DNA of 54,360 bases, filler included, from Dimargaris cristalligena (lineage: Eukaryota): assembly GCA_003614675.1 (NCBI GenBank). It is 2 parts of 2 records of this genome, joined end to end, with 100 filler letters (N's around TTAATTAATTAA, not from the genome) between each part and the next. Parts side by side here need not be neighbours in the genome. Positions count along the whole stretch, not along the records: positions 1 to 27,159 come from ML002522.1; 1 more part is not named here. One strand, written 5' to 3'. The notes below the pieces were generated by a model. The model did no database searches. It saw nothing but the letters and a program-made list of their open reading frames with translations, and was not told where the DNA came from. Each line of letters starts with the position of its first letter. The first letter of the stretch is position 1. Positions 11,712-24,299 of the stretch are shown here, piece by piece. A program made the position numbers and the translations under genes.

Positions 11712-13982
11712 TTATTCCCCTTCACCAGCCGCAAGTCCTTCACTTGGGTCTAAACTGCGAACTACATTATCAGCGACAAGCTGGGCTATGGCATCGGGTT
11801 GATAACCCAATACATTAGTAAGCACATCGACCGTATGCTCACCCAGACGAGGCGGGGGGCGTCGGATTTGAGCCGGGGTGGCACTGTAGCGAACGGCGGG
11901 ACCCACCATCGGCACTTGCCCGGCTGTGGGGTGGGCTACCGTTTGCACCACCTGGCGGGCCTTGACCTGAGGGTGCTCAAACGTCTGGTCCAAATTATTA
12001 ACTGGGGCAAACGGAGTCCCCGAAGGTTCCAGGACCCGTAACCAGTGGGCGGTTGACTGGGTCAGGAGTCGATCTTGGATGGTTTTATCGACGAAGGCAC
12101 GGTGCGCTACCCGGCCCTGGTTGGTGGCCAGTCGGGGATCAGCAGCCAGTTGGTGGAGTTCGAGGCATCGGCATAGGGACTGGAATTGCCGGTCATTGCC
12201 CCCTCCAACAATGATATGTCCATCCGCAGTGGCAAAGCCCCGGTAGGGGACAATCGATGGATGGGATGTGCCCCATCGTTGGGCCTCGGTGCCGGTGGTT
12301 AGGTAACTACTGGCAATATTGGCCAAGGCGGCTAATTGGCAGTCGATTAGAGAGATGTCCAGATGTTGGCCTTGTCCAGTACGCTGCTGGGCCAATAGTC
12401 CGGCCATAATCGCACCATGTGCGTATAAACCTATATCAGGCACGGATGCCCATGCCATCAATTAAGCGCCGGCCGATGTCAAAGGGAATACAGTATATTG
12501 GGTATTGACTATGTAAGTGAACCAGACGGACCCGTGTCCATGCTGGGTCCAAATGACCACCAAAAGGCATAGTAACGTCTGCTCAATCTGTAGCGCAAGT
12601 TTGATTCCGCGTAATAGTAAGATGTGATACTTACCGGTGGTGATGTCTAGATTGAATTTAGGTATAACCATATATATACATATTAATGGTGACACAATAG
12701 TTAAAGCAGGGTACGATAATGGATCACAGTCGATTTCAAAAAGGATTCGCAAAAACTAACACATCCATTATCGTAAATAGTATCCTAGGATCGGAGGAGC
12801 CGTCCGTATTCACCCTATTCGAAACCGCCCGTCAAAAATTCAGCCTATCTACCCATCCAATAAATACTGTCTGGGTCGGCTTTTACTAAATGATAGGCTT
12901 ACCTGTGATGGCTACGCCAACCTTGACGGGGGGACCATCGGTTTCGCCAGTAATATACATTAGCCCAGCCTCGGCCTGCCCCGATAAGAAAAGTGTATTG
13001 ATAACAGTGATAATAATTATTAGGCCGCGCTATAAATTTCGGAACCCCTAGAATAAAAAATGATGTTGTCGCATGAACTGTTTACACTATCAGACCTAGA
13101 ATATTAGTATATCGATCTATACCCTCTCAGTTACTGAGCTAATATAAGCAGTACTTACCTCTATCATGACATCGTATCCAGGGCGATTCGCGTAGGGCCC
13201 GGTTTGACCATAGCCTGGAAAATAAATAACGTACATCCGGTGAGCTCCCTTAATTAGCCATGTATTTGGGATGTTTCCCCCCTTAGTATAGGCATTGTAT
13301 CCAACCAGCACCGTGGCAGATAACCGTTGTCTATCAAGCCAGTGCTGGGACATTTTCCATGGCACATAATGATCAGCTTACCGGAGATACTGGCGTAGAT
13401 TAGGGCGGGATTAATACGGCTTAGCTCATCATACCCATACCCCAGCGCCTCGAGTTTGCCCGGAATATAGTTTTCCACCAAGACATCACACTTAGCGACC
13501 AATTGGTGAATGATACGACGTCCGGACGGTGCTTTCATATCAATGGCAATGGACCGCTTGTTCCGGTTAGTGCAGAGAAAGTAGGCACTCTCACCCGGAC
13601 CGTCCGCCGTTGCCGCGTGGTCAGTGGACTTGAGAAAAGGGGGTCCCCAAGCACGGGTATCATCCCCCCGCAGCGGGTGTTCTACTTTGATGACATCGGC
13701 CCCGAGGTCACCCAAGAGCATCGTGCAATAAGGACCGGCTAGAACCCGCGATAAATCGAGAACTCGGATACCGTCCAGAGGTGAGCTCGGAGGAACGGAG
13801 GGTCTTGTAGAGCCACTGACGGCTCGGTTCCAAAGGCTGCCAAGGAGGGAGGAAGGCCTTTGAGCATTATTCACTAGGGGTCTAGGCCGAGTGGAAGCCA
13901 ATAGTCGACTGAATGCGGAAGGGTAGAGCCGGGTCCGTTGAACCAACGCGGACAATGGACTGGGAATGGGGCGATAGACCAT
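11712..13982 (-). CDS. Family III (CaiB/BaiF) CoA-transferase, SUGCT-like, probably mitochondrial; 5 exons (13982-13382, 13214-13159, 12975-12903, 12646-12635, 12430-11712), 486 aa
   Basis: [79 protein letters not shown]. All introns GT-AG and the frame is preserved. Arg/Ser-rich N-terminus lacking acidic residues. Confidence 0.93.
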
Positions 13983-15314
13983 GGTAGGAAAGGCACTAGA
14001 AACAACGGTTATAAGCCAATATAGAATACAGTATATGCTTACTTTACTGCAGTGGCTGGCCTAGGTGTAGGAGCCAAGAAACGAAGAGCAGATAAAGCAA
14101 ATGGGCTGAGGGTTAGCGAATTGGTGGACTAGGGCTGGTAAACCAACTCAACAGTCACGGTTGTGTATGATAAAGATGCCACAGTGAGCAGAGATACCGT
14201 TTGTACACTTCCCCATTACTATTGTTGGTATATCAGATGGGGGTAAATTTATTGGCCAACTACGCCGCCCATCAACCCATTCCATTACCCCGCCCATTAC
14301 AACTCCCTAATGATATTTGATGCACCTAAATGCAGTGCTTTTTATGTGCAGTTATATGTATATATAGACAATATCTGCGATTTTGGTGGATTTTATATTG
14401 AACTAATTAATGGCAATCTTGAGCTATGCCCCCGGCGCCGTCTGGTATAATAATAGCAATTCGAATGGGTAGAATGTGGGGCCACTCCCGTGATTCAGTC
14501 GCCGATAACGCGGAATAGCCGACCGAACCCGCTCAACGCAAGCCCCTGGTGTTTAAGTGTACCAAATTCAACCATTTCCCCGACTACATGCTGGGTTCAA
14601 GAACCCAGGAGTCGGCGAAAAACAAAGCCCCAGCCCCCGTTTCCCCTCAGTATTGCAACCTGCCCCGCTGGCTTTCGAGAAAAAGCCATGCGAGCATAGT
14701 CGGTTGGAAACCCACAGAATACGGGACAGGTGGGAGAAACGGAGACCAAGTTAGTTTGGAGAAACTTAAGGTACCAGGAGGGACCCGGCCGGATTCCCCC
14801 TTTATACTACACGGAGCATCCCAGTTTCCTTCTCCTCCTCCTGACCTTGGCCTAATCCATTGGATAAAAAAAGTAACCTAAATAGTATCACGTGTAAATT
14901 TTATATATCACGTGATATAACTATAGAACCTTCTCTTACAGGACTTTTCTGGAGTCCTTCTTTGTCACAAAGTCACTCAATAAACCCATATTTGAACCAT
15001 TGTCATGTTTGAATTATAAACCCCATAGCTACATAAAATGAAGCCACTAGATTGGCACGCTCTAACGGGGCCAATTGGGCAATACCCCGAATGGATCGGT
15101 ATTGTCAAAATTGCATTTTAATGGCAAAACCCGTAGGCAAATGTGATAAGGATCATATATAGGGTAGGTAGCCATACATTATGTACCAAAGCTCCGATGG
15201 ACCCGAAAAATAAGTTAGACCAAATGTGGCAATAGTTGTATATTCCACATTGTGTTAGAAGGGCGTGTCAACTGCACTTCATCACCTATCCTAAAGACAC
15301 TCTAATCAGCTTAA

Positions 15315-16664
15315 TTATAAAGTGAACATCAGCTGATTTTCCATCACATTCAAAATAGCTTCCTGGTCCACGCCCGTTTGGGTTTCCAAGAGTTGTCCGG
15401 CCTGAGGGAATTCATTGAAAAAGTGTCCCGAGTTAAAGGTCGTTGCCTGTTCAGCCAAAATAGTGCGGCACATTTCCTCCTTGGCGTTTCCGGCTTCGGG
15501 ATGACACCAGTCTAGCAAATAGGGATAGAGGTTTGTCAGACCTGGGTATAAATTACTCGCATCTTCCACCCGGGCCATTAACAACTGGACGGCGGTGGGT
15601 TGGTTGAACCAAAACACCCACATGGCCGAGGTAAAAATATCCAAGGGCAGGTCAAGTTGCAAAAAAAAAACATATTGAAAAATTTCTCCAGAGAGTCAAC
15701 GTCCCCCTGAACCGCCATCACCTTCACCGACCCATTCAACTGGGCCTGCCAGGCTAAAAAGACCCCAATAATGAAGTCGGGGGCATCGCTCTCCGTAAAT
15801 TGATGAGTTTGCACAAACTCATGCATAATATCTTCAACGTGAGTTAATAGCACTATGACCAGATCGGAATGACCCAAGCGAAAAAGCCGGGGGGGGAACG
15901 CTGTGCTGAAGGGAAATCGTTTCAACACTATTTCCATCGCCTTCCTCCAAATCAAACGAGATTTGATTTCCGAGAACGTAGTCGTAGATGAGTTTCTTGG
16001 TCTTAGATTGGGGGACAGTAGCGAAAAATACCCGGATGTCTTGGTTATCATCGGGTGCCAGCTGGGCTTGAAAAAGCTAGTTCCAGAAACTAGTTTGCAT
16101 CTATCTGATAATGGGGAGATGCAAAGTTAAGCGCATGTATGTACATTGGAGCCCCAGGGGCTAGATCAATTAAATAGCACCATTTAAATTATATATCACT
16201 TGCATTCGACACCAACCGTACCTTTCATATCGGGATCTAGACAGCCATGGGGTTAAACTTACCGCTTCAGTAATTTCATCAGCTCCCCTGATTTCAGCTA
16301 ATATGCCATCCAACTGACCTTCGGGCTGAACGGACAAGAGGGAGGCGTCTTGGTGTCTTAGCATTTCCTGTAGGAATTGCAGAGCGATGGCAGTGTGTTG
16401 AGGCGTGAGCTGTGGGATTGGCGTACTACCATTGTCGCCAATTAGGGGAACGGCAATTCCGGCTTCGTCTAGTCGTCGTTCAAGTTCAGCGGCTGCTGCT
16501 CTGGTTAGGCGTACATTCTCGATAGTGGGGGTTGGGCCGGATTGGGGCCGCCCAATCGGGAGGTAAGGATGATAGTCCTGCTCCGGAACAGGGGAGCCCA
16601 ATAGAGTTGGAGCTAGCATGCCGATGGCCGGTAGCGCAAGCAAGAAGTAGGTCAACTTAAACAT
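15315..16664 (-). pseudogene. Lineage-specific secreted protein gene with one intron (donor near 16221, acceptor near 16101), interrupted by at least one frameshift (pseudogene or homopolymer assembly error)
   Basis: Signal peptide MFKLTYFLLALPAIGMLAPTLLGSP. Coding-like sequence continues through ORFs 16051-15578 and 15662-15315, which switch frame at the A10 tract 15661-15670. A second shift is possible at G8 15889-15896. Confidence 0.6.
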
Positions 16665-19017
16665 GGCTTAGTCACTTTTTCGAGGAAATGCTGAGCGATA
16701 CTTAATTGGGGGGAGATTAGGGGTGGTAGACGAGAATGTAAAGCCCTGGGATGATGATTATGTGGGTGGAGGTGCGGGTTATAGATACGCTTTTATACTG
16801 ACAGGGAATGTCCTGTTTATTTGGGGTTGCCTAGATTTAAGTGTTCGTCGAGAAGTGGCCTAGTGTGCTTTACACCAAGAATGTGAATTACCTCTCATTA
16901 TTTCCCACTACCATTTCTCATACATGCCCAAATCTGATATGATAGTTTTTGGTTATATTTACCTGGTTCAAGCGGAATCCCCCTCGGATGTTGTCTGTAT
17001 CAGCGCATAGCTATAGATCTGATGGTTAAAGAGTCATGTGTGATTTGCATTTGCGACAGTCCCACGTACGAAGGACCTTTGTATAACTTTCACATCCCCC
17101 CCTCATTATTATCCAATAATTGCCTGAGTATTTGCACTATAGTTGGCTTTTGAATGAGATTTCCGTTGGGGTTTGCATTCGAAGGCTCCTTTCTCACTAT
17201 TATGTCTGTCGTGCTTAATAATCTAAAGGATTAAAGCCGACTAACTATGAAGGACTAGGTGTCATCATCACCTAGTTCTATCAAGGAGGCGCGGGAATTC
17301 GGCCTTGTTGAAGGATCAGCATCCTTCAGCCATTCCCGCCACTCGATTCACATATTCTATATATCACCTTCATTATATACCCGTCTATTATTAGTTATCA
17401 TTTATATTACTATCTAGTAGCGTTTTCCAGCATCTTCTATACCGGTTTGATGCCTTTACCATTAGTCTGCTCGGCTATATAAAGCCAAGCCAATTCCTAT
17501 AGTTACTCTTGAGTTAATTACCATTTATTCTATACCCCCTTTTATAGTTAACTCAATCTATTAGATATCTCCCTTATTCTCATCTATAAAGCGCCCTTCG
17601 CATCAACTGCCTGTGTGTTAGCTCTTGTAAACTTGTCCGAAGCGTAGCCATTTAGCATATTGTGGAATTTAGCCTACGACAATGTCACCTCTAGATTTAG
17701 AAGGTGTCCCAATCTGCAATGACGGTATTTCCATATTCGCAGGCCAATCCTGGTTCGACATGGGTGACTCTGAACCACTTTTCGACATATAACTTGTATG
17801 AGGGATGTCATATGCGTGGGTGGCTTTCACCTGTCTCGTTTTTCCCAATCACAGTCAATTTCCTTGGTCATACCTTGACCACATTCACATACGATTTATT
17901 GGGATCGCAATATGTTGAGTGGTATAGTTGTCAGACCTGCCGTTTCATAAGATGCTCTTCACGGAGTACGCCCGTTGCCTAATCAGGCACCCAATGGACC
18001 AGAAATGAAGTCGAGGCAATGAGTGTTGAGACACTAAATTGGTGCGTGATAGTTTTGGTTGGGCTCATAGATTAATAGTACAGCCTATGAGAAATGTGGA
18101 CTTGGTGCTAACTCGTGCAGCGAGAGTTACCAAACTGGGATGGCCCGGGCTGAAGCCGATTTATGAAATGAAATCTCCAGGTATTTATTTATTTCAAGTA
18201 GCTGTCAGTGTTTGTGGTGAAAATGTCATAATGGTGGTGGTTGATGTTCCAATGGGGGCTTCTACCGATTATCACTTGGCTAGCTGGGTATAATGGGGTC
18301 GACATATTTACAAGTTAATCTCCCTTGGTTCACTCACCGGCTTTTGAGAGTGAGTGCTATTTTGCCTGTGCTTTTAGTATTCGGGCCAATAATGGCGTGT
18401 AATCTTGTTGTTTGAGAATTGGGTGGCCACATTTCGTCTGCACCGGCTACTTATGATTCTTCACATATAAAGGTTAATCACGTGACCAATGTCGATATTT
18501 CTACATTTCAAAAGCACATTGCCAAAGGATTGATCAAAGGGTTACACCTCGATATTTCCTCTAATCGAAAAAAAAAGAATATTACATAGCATAGTAAATA
18601 TTAGGGAAACCTAAGGCTCATTCGGTGGTTTTTCGACCTATACTACCACTGACTATTTTGCCAAATTAAGCAGCTTTTCCATTATTTCATAAGTAGGCGG
18701 TTTCGGTTCCTACTAGCGTAATTGGCAATATCTAACTATCTTCCTACCCCATCTACATTCCCAATTAGCCCCATTCCCTAGTGGGCCCATATACCCATTT
18801 TTTACTTGCCAACAATTACCACGAGGTGGTAGATACCTGGCTACACTGTGCTTCCAGCTGCCTCGACACATCGTATTCATTTTCCACCCTTGCTCCGACT
18901 TCGAACCCTCCCTATTCAGCCCACAGGTGCCGCTTCGACCTCGTATACCCATAACCAACTCACCCACACCTCGTTCGTACCTAAGCGACCGTTTCGCTGG
19001 CCTATCCTTCCCACACC

Positions 19018-21571
19018 ATGTCCCTCAAACGGAAAAATAACAACGCGGTGCGTGAGCAGCGTAAAAAGCTCCGCGACCAGGAGCAACTGGAAATGGTGCA
19101 GCTGGAAGAGCGAGCCATGAATTTCTCCCCTCCGAGCACGGCGGTCGGTGATGGCTCGACCTTTATCTTCGACACCCTTCCGATTTCGAAGCTTACGGCC
19201 GAAGGCCTCAAGAGGGCCAAATTCCAGGAACTCACCGAGATTCAGCGCAAGGCGATTCCCATGGGTCTGCGGCGCCGGGATATCCTCGGCGCGGCCATGA
19301 CCGGTAGTGGTAAAACATTGGCCTTTCTCGTGCCCATGCTTGAAATTCTGTATCGGGAACGGTGGTCGCGCGAAGACGGCATCGGTGCCATGATTATCGC
19401 CCCGACCCGGGAATTGGCCGTCCAAATCTTTAACGTGTTGACCAAAGTGGGGCGCAACCATTCCTTCTCCGCCGGTTTAATCATCGGCGGCAAAAACCTC
19501 AAGGAAGAGCAAAAGCGGATCGTGGGGCTTAATATTATCATCTGTACCCCCGGGCGTCTGTTGCAGCACATGAATGAAACCCCCAACTTCGACTGTGACA
19601 ACTTAAAAGTGCTCATCCTGGACGAGGCCGATCGTATTCTGGACATGGGCTTCAAATCCACCCTCAACGCCATTATAGAGAACCTGCCCAGAGACCGGCA
19701 CACTTGGCTCTTTTCCGCCACCCAAACCAAATCGGTTAAAGATCTGGCCCGACTTAGTCTCCGGGACCCGGAATACGTGGCCGTCCATGACAAATCCGAG
19801 ACTAGCACTCCCACCAAACTCTCGCAGCACTACCTTCTCTGTGAACTTCACCAGAAAATCGATTTCCTATTCTCGTTCCTCAAGGCCCACCCCAATACCA
19901 AAATTCTGGTGTTTATGTCTACTTGTAAGCAGGTCCGCTATCTATACGAGGCGTTTACCCGCCTTGAGCCCGGCTTTCGCCTCCTGCAGCTGCACGGCCG
20001 CCAGAACCAGTTCCGCCGCGTCGAAATTTTCGAGAAATTCCTGGCCACTAAACATGCTATCATGCTGGCGACGGATGTCGCCGCCCGTGGTTTGGATTTC
20101 CCCGAAGTGAACTGGGTTATTCAGATGGATTGCCCTGAAGATGTGGCGACCTACATTCACCGTGTCGGTCGGACCGCGCGGTACGAATCCGAAGGGAACG
20201 GTCTGCTCTTACTACTCCCTTCCGAAGAGACCAGTATGGTGACGAAATTGCGCGAGAAGCGTGTACCAATTGAGTCCATTAAGGTCAAGGAAAACCGTAC
20301 GCTGGCCACCAAACAGAAACTGCAGTTTCTGTGCTTCCAGGAACCCGAAATCAAATACCTGGCCCAAAAGGCCTTTGTGACTTATATGAAATCCATCCAT
20401 TTACAGAAGGACAAGGAGGTTTTCGATGTCCATGCGATGCCCGCCGACGAATTCGCCGAGTCTTTGGGTCTGTCGGGTGCCCCAAAGATCACCATGATCA
20501 AGGTAAGTGTGTAACCCCCTCCCTCGCTCATGAAGGGCGTAATTGGATTACCTACACCATTTCCTTTCCCATGACTGTCAATTTAAGAGTGCTTTAATAA
20601 ATAGTTGGCCCATGTAGACGACGCGGGTTTTATTATCGGCACCCTTTTCTTTTGTTTCGCAACTAACCAACTGTGCATCTGGCCACTGTATACCAATCTA
20701 TATGGACGGGTTTTACCCATGTACTTTATTTCCGTAGAAATCCAAGTCAAAGAACCAAAACCAACTACCAGCTGTCCTGAGTGACAGTGAACAGGAGGAT
20801 GAGGATGTCGAAGAGGGGGAGAAGCAGGACACCGACAAACCGGACCGTCCCAAAAATAAGGCCGACCGCATGTTCAACCGGAAGAACACCACCGTTTTGG
20901 CGGACCACTACGCTAAACTGGTGGATCGGTCCGACCACCTGGATGGCCCAGTCTCGGACAACGAGGATGAGGACATTTTTGTGGTGAAGCGCGTCATCCC
21001 AGTCGAAGAAGGGGTTGATTCTCTCATTGAGGAGTACCAGCCCGCCCCCAAGCAGGGCCGTCGCCAACAGGCCCGGCAGCGGAAGAAGCAACAGAAGGTC
21101 GTCCATAACGACAAGGTGCTTTTCGACGACGAAGGGCAGCAACTCCACGGCTACGGTCTCAAGAGCGAAGCTGAGGTGGCCCAGGAGGAAGGTCCCCTGG
21201 CAGCGAAGATTGCGGAGCGCATGCAGCGTGAACGGGCCGGGGTCGCGGAACACGATGCGTTGGATAAACAGGAGGCCAAACAGCGGCGCCAGGCGAAACG
21301 GCTCAAGATCCGCCAGCGTGAACGCGAAGCCATGGGCTTGGGCTCTGGGGCTGGAGACGGCGAGGCAACGCTGGCTTCACCCGGGGGAAGTGATCAAGAT
21401 TCGGGTAGTGACTACGGCGGTGGTAGTGATGTCTACAGCGACGACGAGGCGAATAATACATCCCCTGCCGTTTCGACCGGGTCGGAGTCCGGGCGGGGGG
21501 TCATATCCTTTGGTCAACCCATGGGTCTGGCCGACGAAGAAGCGTTAGCGCTTCAACTCCTGCAGGATTAA
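19018..21571 (+). CDS. DBP4: DEAD-box RNA helicase Dbp4/DDX10 (18S rRNA processing); 2 exons (19018-20502, 20738-21571), 772 aa
   Basis: Q motif LTEIQ, AMTGSGKT, PTRELA, DEAD, SAT, HRVGRTAR. Dbp4-type WSREDGIGA and RMFNRKNTTVLADHY. GTAAGT..TAG intron in phase 0. Confidence 0.93.
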
Positions 21572-21854
21572 ACCACGAATCAACTTACTGAATGCCTTAG
21601 GCTGTCCTAGTTTGGGAATCCATCTTTTCCTCGGTCTCTCGGTCTGTATTATTCTCGGGCTTTTTACCTCCACTTTTTTATTATAATCTAAATACACTTA
21701 AGAATTGGGACGATCACGATATCGGCTACTAGGGAACATAATAACATCGCACTTTTCACTATTGCCGCTATATATTTCGGCTGAAATCAATCTTTGGAAT
21801 AGTATATTTATTGGCGAAGCTTGGTGATAAATGGCCTGGAATTGGAAAATAAGA

Positions 21855-23837
21855 TCACTCAGTGGGAATGCTGCTAAACTGCGTTTCACCACTCGATGGG
21901 TAATACACGTAAAAGCTAAAGTCGTTGGTCACAAACGAACCGGGATTAATGCAATGACAACCCTCGTAGTCCACCGAGTAGGTTTCGTACTTATCGGCCA
22001 GCACCAGAAGGTCCGGTATGGGGTAGAGACGTAGGGCGTAATCATAGGCCCAGTATACCGGAGCGGTACGGAGGGGCAGCGGACACAGATGAGACTGGTC
22101 AATCAAGGTACGGACCAGATGTCGTTTGACATTTGTCGTTCCTTCATGATCGGTGGGCACGATGACGCAGTTCCGGCGCAGCTTATTCATAATATCCTGT
22201 CGGGCGAATACCAGTTCGCGGTTGCAGTACTTAATTCGACAGGGGTTGCTTGCAAATACGCACCGGGAAAGTTTGGAGCGGAGGGAGCTGGTGAAGAAAT
22301 CCGGGATGGCCGGTCGGGGCAAAAGATCGCTCGACCACGGGTCGTTCGGACCCGGGATAAATATGAAATAACTGGTCTGGGCCAATCGCTTGAAGCTCTG
22401 GATAATAGTCGCCAAGTTGTCGAATAACCGTTTGTAGCGTTGGGTATCCGGGCCCGATATGACGAAGGGTTCGGCCGAAAAATTACCGCATAGGACAAAG
22501 GCAAGGGGGATCGACGAGGCTTCAAACCCACGGAAAAGGGCCTTTAGCTTATTGAGTACGGCGGGAGAATCCAGGCACACGTCGGAGAGGATAACTATGG
22601 AAGCTTCCGCAAACTCATCCTGAATCTGCTGGAGGATGGAGGCGTCCTGGATTTCTGGGGGACCGCCGAAGAAATTGGTCTTGGTAAACTGGGCTTTGGT
22701 CACCCGGGCCGGTTCCGGGGGTGGCAAACCAATCGCCTCGGCATGGAATAAACCGTCTTCATACAGACCCTCCACCAGCACGAAACTGTTTTCGGTAAAT
22801 AGACCGGTGGACTGGTTCTGGGCCGAAATCCGGCTCAGGTCGAGTTTGATCGACTTGTACCGGTCCTCGAGACTCAGCGCACCTTCCTCCAGCTGGCTGA
22901 GCATCCCGAATAACATGAAGGATTCCCCGTCGCGGCCCTGGAGAGCCTCCACCGTGTCCAACCGACAGATCCGGTCGTCGTCACCGGCGACACTCCAGGA
23001 ACTGGCAAAGTGTTCGTTGCGTAGAATTCGCTGCCGAATAAGGTCGTACCGGTCTTGGAAAATTTCGGCTTTGTTATCGGCACTACCGAGCAGCCGGGGC
23101 GGCTCGCTGTAGCGCATAAACGTTTTTCGCAGGGAGTCGTACTTCCACCGGGGGATACTAAAGGCGTCAATGATGTGGAAGTGATCCCGGATATCTACAT
23201 CCGCCAGCCCCCGGCTCGACCGTGGTTCGGCCCATTCTAAGCCCAGGTCGGAGTCGAGTCCGGAATCAGCCAGCGTTGGATCAAGGCTGTCATGGTGGGG
23301 TTCGATGATCGATACTTGGTGGGTTTGTAGTTTGGCCGATATGATGATTTTGAGAGGCTCTAGCTCCACAATGGAGGTCTCGACTGTAATGGTTGTAGCA
23401 AGGGAAGAGTAGTTAACGAAACAAGAGCGATCTTGGATTAATAGAGGGTCCAACGATACACCATAGTATAGGCTCGTGGAGAGACGGGCCGCTTACCCGT
23501 TCCGCTTGTGGATACCCCTCGCCCTTCCCCGTAGGTAATGGGGGGGGCACTGCAAAAAGGGGTACTATGGGTTATATAAATGGGGGTAATTGAACCGGCC
23601 AAGTTTATCGGCATTCGTCAATATTGAAGTGAACTTGGGAATTGCCCTACTTTAGTGTAAACATTTACCTTCGCGCTTCAGCCATAGAGTGGCGACCGAG
23701 TTGAGCCAGTCGGGGATTTCGACGGGACTGATTTGCAGTTCGGCTAGAATGCTCTGAATATACTGGGAGGCGTCCGCCCGCAATGACAATCCGTGAATCT
23801 TGGTGAAGGTGCGAAAGATTTGCTGTTGGACTGACAT
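21855..23837 (-). CDS. DPB2: DNA polymerase epsilon subunit B (Dpb2/POLE2); 2 exons (23837-23669, 23383-21855), 565 aa
   Basis: IDAFSIPRWKYD, FQDRYDLIRQRILRN, GLFTENSFVLVEG, FIFIPGPNDP, LIDQSHLCPLP, LRLYPIPDLLVLAD, NPGSF. The intron ends with GTTAAC branch site, pyrimidine tract and CAG. Confidence 0.93.
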
Positions 23838-24299
23838 GGTGCCGGGGTTATATTTATAGTTGGGCTAGGCACCAACTGAATAAATAAAAGTATGGTCAAT
23901 CGAAATTGGCTCCGTAAAAACTGTTTGATAACTATACAATGGGAAAATGGGTAGTATTGCGTGGGGTGTAAAGGTTTGACTAGTCACGAAATGGGTAACT
24001 CGTTCACTTCTAATCTAAACTAAGTAGCCAACCAACCCCCCTACTCCCCTTGTTGTGGTTTACAAGAGCATTGTTTTTAATAATCCAAGCATTGTAGGCT
24101 CTTTGGGCTTCAAACTATCACGTGACGTTGTTTGGGGGCTATTACGCACTGTTATTTATTGGAGTATAAACTGGATAGCTACATGGCTCCAATCGGGGTA
24201 TAACTAAAATTTAACCATCTAAATATCTATAACTAGTGTAAGAAAATGGCCAAAACAACCGGAAGAGTTTGACAAATAAATTCAAAACTAGATATTGGC

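Noticed and set aside
14580..14615. Palindrome CTGGGTTC-AA-GAACCCAG with flanking CCGACT/AGTCGG
   Set aside because: Isolated single hairpin; no tRNA cloverleaf or second copy.
23384..23549. ORF-track start of DPB2 at 23453 and a possible 53-nt cryptic exon at 23549-23497
   Set aside because: The 23453 start is TTG inside the intron. The acceptor at 23384 has a better branch site and pyrimidine tract and gives a sensible N-terminal domain. The cryptic exon would shift the frame and has no support.
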